From NCBI RefSeq assembly GCF_000143415.4, contig NW_003314265.1:510405-574404 (forward strand): DNA of 64,000 bases. Direction: 5' to 3'. Below, one piece after another: positions 57,991-64,000 of this stretch. The DNA is from Selaginella moellendorffii. Taxonomy: Eukaryota > Plantae > Lycopodiophyta. The notes under the pieces are model-generated. The model was not told the DNA's origin, searched no databases, and saw nothing but the letters and a program-made list of their open reading frames with translations. Each line of letters opens with the position of its first letter. The first letter of the stretch is position 1. The position numbers and the translations under genes are program-made.

Positions 57991-59427
57991 ATGGAGGCGG
58001 CGGGCGAGGATCTAGTCTCGCAGCTCAGGAGAGTTCTCTACAGGCATCAGGTAGAGCTCGAGCCAGCTGCTAACATCGGCTACTCCAGGCGGGATGCTTT
58101 GCATGATTCGAGAGATACTCTGGCCTATCTGTCCAAGATGCTGCTGGAAGACGAAGGGGAAGGAGAAGCTGACTCGGCGCAGCAACAAAAGCCTTCCTTT
58201 CAAGGTTTGTTCGACGAGCTCTCGGCAATTGTTTCTCCTAGTGAAAGCAGTGATGGCTCGACAGAGGGTAGTGATCAATCGTCCGGCTTAGAGGTAAATT
58301 TGGGGAGGACTACAGACATCTACAGTAGTTTGATGGTGTGTGCGAGAGCTGTAGCTGCAAACAATGTTGCAGGCTTCTATGATCTGGCAAGAGACATCAG
58401 GGATGCAGTTGCATTGCAATCAACTCCTTTGCAGAAGGTAGCTCGTTTTCTCATTGATGCGCTTGCGGCCAGATTAGCAGGGACAGGGCCTCAAGCTTAC
58501 AGGGCGATTTCGGCTGGAATTAGTTCAAGAATGCTAGTGGCAGATGCGAGGCTGCCGCTGTTCGCAGTAGCAGTCAACTTTGCCAACAATGTCATATTGC
58601 GTGCTTGCGCAGGAGCCAACAAAGTTCATATCATCGACTATGGGGTTCATTGCGGTCGCCAGTGGCCTTCCTTGATCAAGGCTTTTTCAGTACGTCCGGA
58701 AGGTCCTCCACAGCTCAAGATCACAGGCATCGATCTTGTCACTGTGCCCGAGGCCTTTGTGGCCGGGCAACGTTTGGCAGCCTTTGCTAGGAGCAACGGG
58801 GTACAGCTCGAGTACTGCTCGATCCAGTCGAATTCCTGGGAATCTGTTCAGCCGGTAACTCTTGCCAACGAACTTCTGGTCGTCAACTCCAACATGAGCC
58901 TTAAGCGTATGAGAGACGAGTGGATTTCCGTCAACAATCCTCGCAGGCTTTTGTTCGAGAGTATCTACAAGATGAGGCCCAAAGTCTTCGTGATGTGCGT
59001 GTCAAACGCTTCGTTTAGCTCGCCGTTCTTCATTCCCAAGTTTGACGAGACGCTAAAGCATTTCACCGCAAAGATGGAATGCCTCGACGCATGGCTGGGC
59101 TGGGATTCGATTGGTGATCGCGATTTAATAGAGAAGGTGTTCCAGAGGGCAATCATGAGCGTTGTGGCTTGCGATGGCCTGGAGCAACTGGAGAGGCCAG
59201 ACAAATACAGGACCTGGGACTCGCGAGCAAAAAGAGCTGGATTTCAACCGTTTCTAATAGGTGAGGAGGTGTATGAGAGGATGAAATCACAGTGGGGAGG
59301 CTATGCTTGCAAAAAAAACTTTGGGTGTGGAAAGGATGAGAACTGGATGTTGCTTGGGTGGAAGGATGTAATCTTGTGTGGAATGTCTGCTTGGCAGACT
59401 AAAGCTCAAAGTCTTATAAAATTTTGA
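57991..59427 (+). CDS. GRAS transcription factor (LISCL/SCL9-14-like), intronless
   Basis: YLSKMLLE, L..CARAV, VHIIDYG, QWPSLI, PPQLKITGID, ERPDKYRTW, LLGWK..SAW. Confidence 0.92.
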   Translation: MEAAGEDLVSQLRRVLYRHQVELEPAANIGYSRRDALHDSRDTLAYLSKMLLEDEGEGEADSAQQQKPSFQGLFDELSAIVSPSESSDGSTEGSDQSSGLEVNLGRTTDIYSSLMVCARAVAANNVAGFYDLARDIRDAVALQSTPLQKVARFLIDALAARLAGTGPQAYRAISAGISSRMLVADARLPLFAVAVNFANNVILRACAGANKVHIIDYGVHCGRQWPSLIKAFSVRPEGPPQLKITGIDLVTVPEAFVAGQRLAAFARSNGVQLEYCSIQSNSWESVQPVTLANELLVVNSNMSLKRMRDEWISVNNPRRLLFESIYKMRPKVFVMCVSNASFSSPFFIPKFDETLKHFTAKMECLDAWLGWDSIGDRDLIEKVFQRAIMSVVACDGLEQLERPDKYRTWDSRAKRAGFQPFLIGEEVYERMKSQWGGYACKKNFGCGKDENWMLLGWKDVILCGMSAWQTKAQSLIKF

Positions 59428-59439
59428 CTGTGTAAGGCA

Positions 59440-60650
59440 AATTTTCACTTGGTGCTAGTATTTGTATTGCATGCTGATTCTCAATAATGATTTTATATTG
59501 ATTGATGTAATCTTGTTTATATATATCTAGCACTTGCCCAACATATGTTGTGTAATTAATAAAATATTGTTTTGATTTTATAATATACAATACCACTAAA
59601 AATATTTTAGGGCTTTTTCTTATTAAAAACCAAATTCGAATAGTATTAAAATAACAAATATTATATTCCACTTTGATTGAGGGAATTATGCCTAGAAAAT
59701 GCTAGATGAATAGAAAAATCAATTCTTGTAAACTTGATAATAAAAATATTCAGAACGAAATATATTTCTAGGCATAAGTAAGAATAAATATTCATTAATA
59801 AAGATATTATATACAAATTATTATTTGGAAATATGAATATATTTAGAAAAAAACCTGACAAAGAAAAAAGTAAAAATAAGTTTCTATTATCAATAATATG
59901 TTATATGTAAATTATATTTTTACTTGGGATAGACTTATTGTGATTTTATCAAACAAAAGAGACTTAATTACTACAACATATTAATTAATTATACGTTTTA
60001 CTTAGAAAATAAAACAATAAGTTTTTAGGAGCATTAATATATTACTACCCAGATCCAAACAAGAAAATAATTATTTGTAAATATATATGATATAAAAACT
60101 ATAAATTTAAATTTTACATTCCATAGTATTATGTACTAATAAACTATATTTGCAGTTAGTAAAAAGATTAAAAAATATCACTGTTTAATCAAATACTACA
60201 TATATTATTGTAGTTTTTTTTGATAATGAGCTACATTGTAAATAGCTAAGGCTATATATTAAAATATAATATGTACTTTTATTGTTAAAGTTGTGTAATG
60301 TTTTTGTATGAACATTTGAAGTTTTAATCATGGTCTTACACATTCATAAAACTAAGTCAACCCACATTTAATATACAATCATCTAGTGTTGAATTTTATA
60401 TGTTTTAGTGATATTTAGATAGGCTATTTGTACAAAATATAATTTTTGTATTATATTTGTAAATACTGTTAAAAATAAATTATAAAAGTTAATTTTGACC
60501 TAAAATATTCAAAAATTATAATAATTTATAGAAAAGAATATGTTTAGGTAAATTTGATTATTTTATTCATAAAGTATTAAAAATAAAGTTAATCACATAA
60601 AAAATATTCACCCTCTTAGGGTAACCCGTTAAACAAAATTTAAATCTCTG
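59440..60650. other. Extremely AT-rich intergenic tract, probably repeat-derived
   Basis: Visually very AT-rich, no credible ORF. Confidence 0.5.
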
Positions 60651-63600
60651 CTAGTTTTGGATTTTGATCTCACTAAAGATATACATAATCTATCAACTCA
60701 ATAAAATGAGTTTTTGGGATTGTGGATCACTTCATTCCATTCATTGAAGAGTGAAGCACAAAATACTACATTGTAAACATTCATAAGGCCAACTAACAAA
60801 ATAGTAGCACCACTCTTTGTTGAAATTACATTGCCACCGTCCACTACAATCATAGCTCTTACTATCAAACACATTAGAAAGGCCATACATTCAAAAATCG
60901 TTGAAAGGCTAGCCATAGCAAGGAATTCTTGCAGAAGGCTCTATAATAGAGTTGCTTCTGGATTCTCACAGGGCCTTTGAACATCAAGGAAAATCATATG
61001 GTGGCCTTCTTGAGAAAAGTATCTCATAGTGGCATGGTGGACCTTCCAGTGCTGGCTGGTTCAACAATATACCGAAATCCATACATATAGGTTGCCTTGC
61101 CTCTCATTGCGACTCAAAATTACACCCTCTTCCGGTGCTACTTCTGGGCATTTGCAGATGAAATTGATCAGCCTTCCTCGCCCATACGATGGCAAGGGAT
61201 TGAGCACAGGCTAATCTTAAGGATCCTAGCAAAGAAATCTAGAAAAAAATTGCTTTTTATTTTCCATGCTAGAACTCTTCTCTTACCTTAGAGGCAAGGA
61301 TTGTGGTGTCCTATTCCAAGAAGAGAAAGGATATCAATCTTTAATAAGGGGGGGGAGAGTGTTGTAAATATGACTTTAGGTATCGAAAGATACTTGTTGG
61401 TTAGTCTTTACAGACACTCTCTTCTTACTGCTATGACAATAATAGGTCAATATTGCTAATTTTCTTTATTAGCCCCTTTTGTCCAAGTGTTAGTAAACTG
61501 GATTTAGCATTTGTACTTGGCTGGATGAGCATAAAAAAGGAATTCCTAAATGTTTATTTAGCTAAGCATATTTGGCCCAATTTATTAATTTTCTTTTACT
61601 CTATTTTGTATTGGCTTGGCAAGAACCTTCACATATTGAGTCTAGTCCCTTAATACTGCTATATGATAATTTACTATGCCTACCAAACACCCTTGCTATC
61701 ATGCCCTTTGTGTCAGTCTTATTTTAGTCCCAAATGTTATTTGTGAAAAGTGTTTAGATTTATTCATTTTGCATATCTATGGAATGTAGAGATTGTTTTG
61801 AACATAATGGTGTTCATCCCATGTCTAAATTTGCAATCTAGGGACATTTTATATTTCGTAAATTTCAAACTTATCCTAGAAACCCCCTATAACCCCCCTT
61901 AAGAACATACACTTTGGGCTTTCCCCCCAAACCTCCCTTAGTACTAGGAGTACTAGATTCCTCGCCATCGCCGATCGATCCACTAGAGCTCCAAAACCCC
62001 TGCAAAATCTTACATTGCTGGAATTTCAAATATATAGTAGGGATAGTGATTGAAATGTATGCTCGACCACCTAAAACATTAGTTTAATTTCTGCTAGGTT
62101 ATATCACTCCTTGTTTTGCACCGAGTTTGGGTAAGCCCAAGCAAAGAACACAATACCTTCACAAGTAAATCGAAGTGACCACAAACGTCTGGATCACTTA
62201 TGGGCGTATATCTGTCAGCACGAAGCACGAGTTACAGTGATTCCAAGCATAAGACAATTTTACATACGGTTTGATGATCACATTTGGCTTCCCATCCTTT
62301 TTTGTATCTATGGCAGCCCTGCAAAGCAAAGAAAAATTCACGTATCTTCATCATGAAGTTTGGTAGCTCCGTTACTTTGTCAAGAGGCATGAAGCAACAT
62401 TAAGACCCAGTTGCGCATCGTCATCCAAGGCAAACCTGGATGACAAAATTATACAAATAACGTTAGTGCATCGTCTTGTTTTCCATTTTTTCTTTCCTTT
62501 TGCCTGTAACATCTCATGTTGTGAGTCACAGGATTTGCTTCTAAGAGTCGAAACTTCCGCCATTCGTTCGAATCCAATGCTAGACGGACAATGTGAGCAA
62601 ACCATGACCAAAACTTAGAACTTTCGAGCAAAAAGTAAAGCACGAACCAAAATCCCCAGCATCGCACCAGCACTCTAGTCGATGGGGTACCCTCTTCCTT
62701 GCGTTAAGCCACTGATATACTAAAATTGTGCCAAACACCATTTAATACCATTTAGTGTGCAAATACGAGATATAGGGAGCTAATGCTCATAGGATTTTAT
62801 TGGACCCTTGTTTTGGAGTATAACGGGGTTGGAGTTTAGCTTTAAATTCATGTGAGTTATACGCACGAAGCAAGAAGCTTCGAAAATGAATGTCAAATTG
62901 CATCATTAGCTCTGATGGCCTTTGATGAAGATAATGCAATTGTTGAGAGGCATCATCAAAATCGTCAACATGTTTGAATGCACATTTGAAGACATTCAGA
63001 AGAATATTCTAATCCCCACGAGTTGCTGCCCTCAAACCATTGTACCACTTCAGTGTTATCCCTTAGAGACACATGGGAAATTCATGCAAACATCAAGTAT
63101 CATCTTAAAAATGATATATGGCAATCACCATGAAGTGATCGAACCAATAGTACACATTATCCTCAGGATTCCTACGAAATAACTCTAGCCGAACATGAGG
63201 ATTAGCACCAAAAGTAGGAAAAGCTGTACCATATGTCATGAATGTTGCTATCAATTGAGTTTGGTTATTCAATTGCAATCACATAACATCAAGCAATTGC
63301 ACCAATTATTGCTTCAAAGTTAAAAGAGGAAGAGACAATTACTTTGCCATGAAGATGAATGAAAAAGAAAGAGAAAAAGAAAAGAAATGAAAAAAGTTAG
63401 AAAGAAAGAGAGATTTAGATAGTGTAAAAGTTAGATCTAAACTAAAATCCCAAATCCAAGCACTCCTGAAGGATAATTAAAGGTGCCCCTCACTTCCACC
63501 AATGTGAGTGCATGGAATTTGGAAAGGAAATATAAAAAATGTGTATATCAATTAGCCCAAAAACCATAACTTATATACAAAATCGAGTGGTCCGAATTGA

Positions 63601-64000
63601 AACTAATTTGACGGCTATCAAAATCCCACTATGCTAATATTAATATACGACATCGTAGCTATATATGTCCACATGTTATATGCTTTATTGATGCTTTATT
63701 GTTTATACCTAGGTAAGCTGAAGTATAAGCAAGTGGCTCATCTTAGTTTCTTTACAAAGTTTATATTAATTATAAATATTATTTATTTAAATTTAAATTT
63801 AATTTGGCTATATAATATATATGAATTAAGTTTTTTTAAAAATGAATCTTATCTAAATGAAATGAAGTTAGTATCTTTAATATTTGTACTTGTATTATTA
63901 ATTCAAAGTGCTATTGCACCACCAAAAGCAAAGTACTCTCCAAAATTTGGAAAATTTAACGTATTAAATCCACAGGATATGGATAAAGTAATTCGTATCA

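Noticed and set aside
59414-59861. Short Ile/Asn/Phe-rich ORFs
   Set aside because: Chance ORFs in extremely AT-rich DNA
1-64000. tRNA, rRNA, snoRNA genes and intact retrotransposon ORFs
   Set aside because: No convincing cloverleaf, rRNA segment, or RT/integrase motif recognised by eye; a covariance-model scan would be needed to exclude small ncRNAs

Overview
Gene-dense plant nuclear DNA with very short introns (mostly ~50-60 bp), a flagellar gene and an S-motif-rich PLS-class PPR gene. This fits an early-diverging land plant with motile sperm, most likely the lycophyte Selaginella (inference from gene content and intron size). About 20 intact genes are supported: CID7-like Smr tail, cytosolic SHMT, DRC2/CCDC65, CstF-77, three AP2/ERF factors, TRM112, WDR75/UTP17, a UBA protein, AAR3/DCN1-like, MAT1, NPH3/BTB, an ABC1K kinase, PPR-E, SAG18-like ceramidase, a thylakoid membrane protein, an FNR-like oxidoreductase, YqgF, an NFD4-like MFS transporter and GRAS. 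The 18.4-32.3 kb region is a rearranged ~3.9 kb segmental duplication whose copies flank a decayed Crinkler-type (P-loop NTPase + REase) gene and TE-like DNA. Main candidates: (1) an AATAAA + U-rich intronic polyadenylation cassette in the one long, weak-donor intron of CstF-77, suggesting the autoregulatory loop known from animals; (2) a six-copy family of small ORFs sharing CFGW...AI(I/V)xPHFxxSxRLxxL, with a PTS1-like SML end in the best-conserved copies; (3) two fungal/oomycete-like Crinkler-type remnants; (4) a recent perfect 31-bp hairpin formed partly from a gene fragment; (5) TRM112 and UTP17 head-to-head 60 bp apart across an inverted telo-box pair. Family names come from recalled motifs, not database searches; spliced-gene ends were placed by eye.
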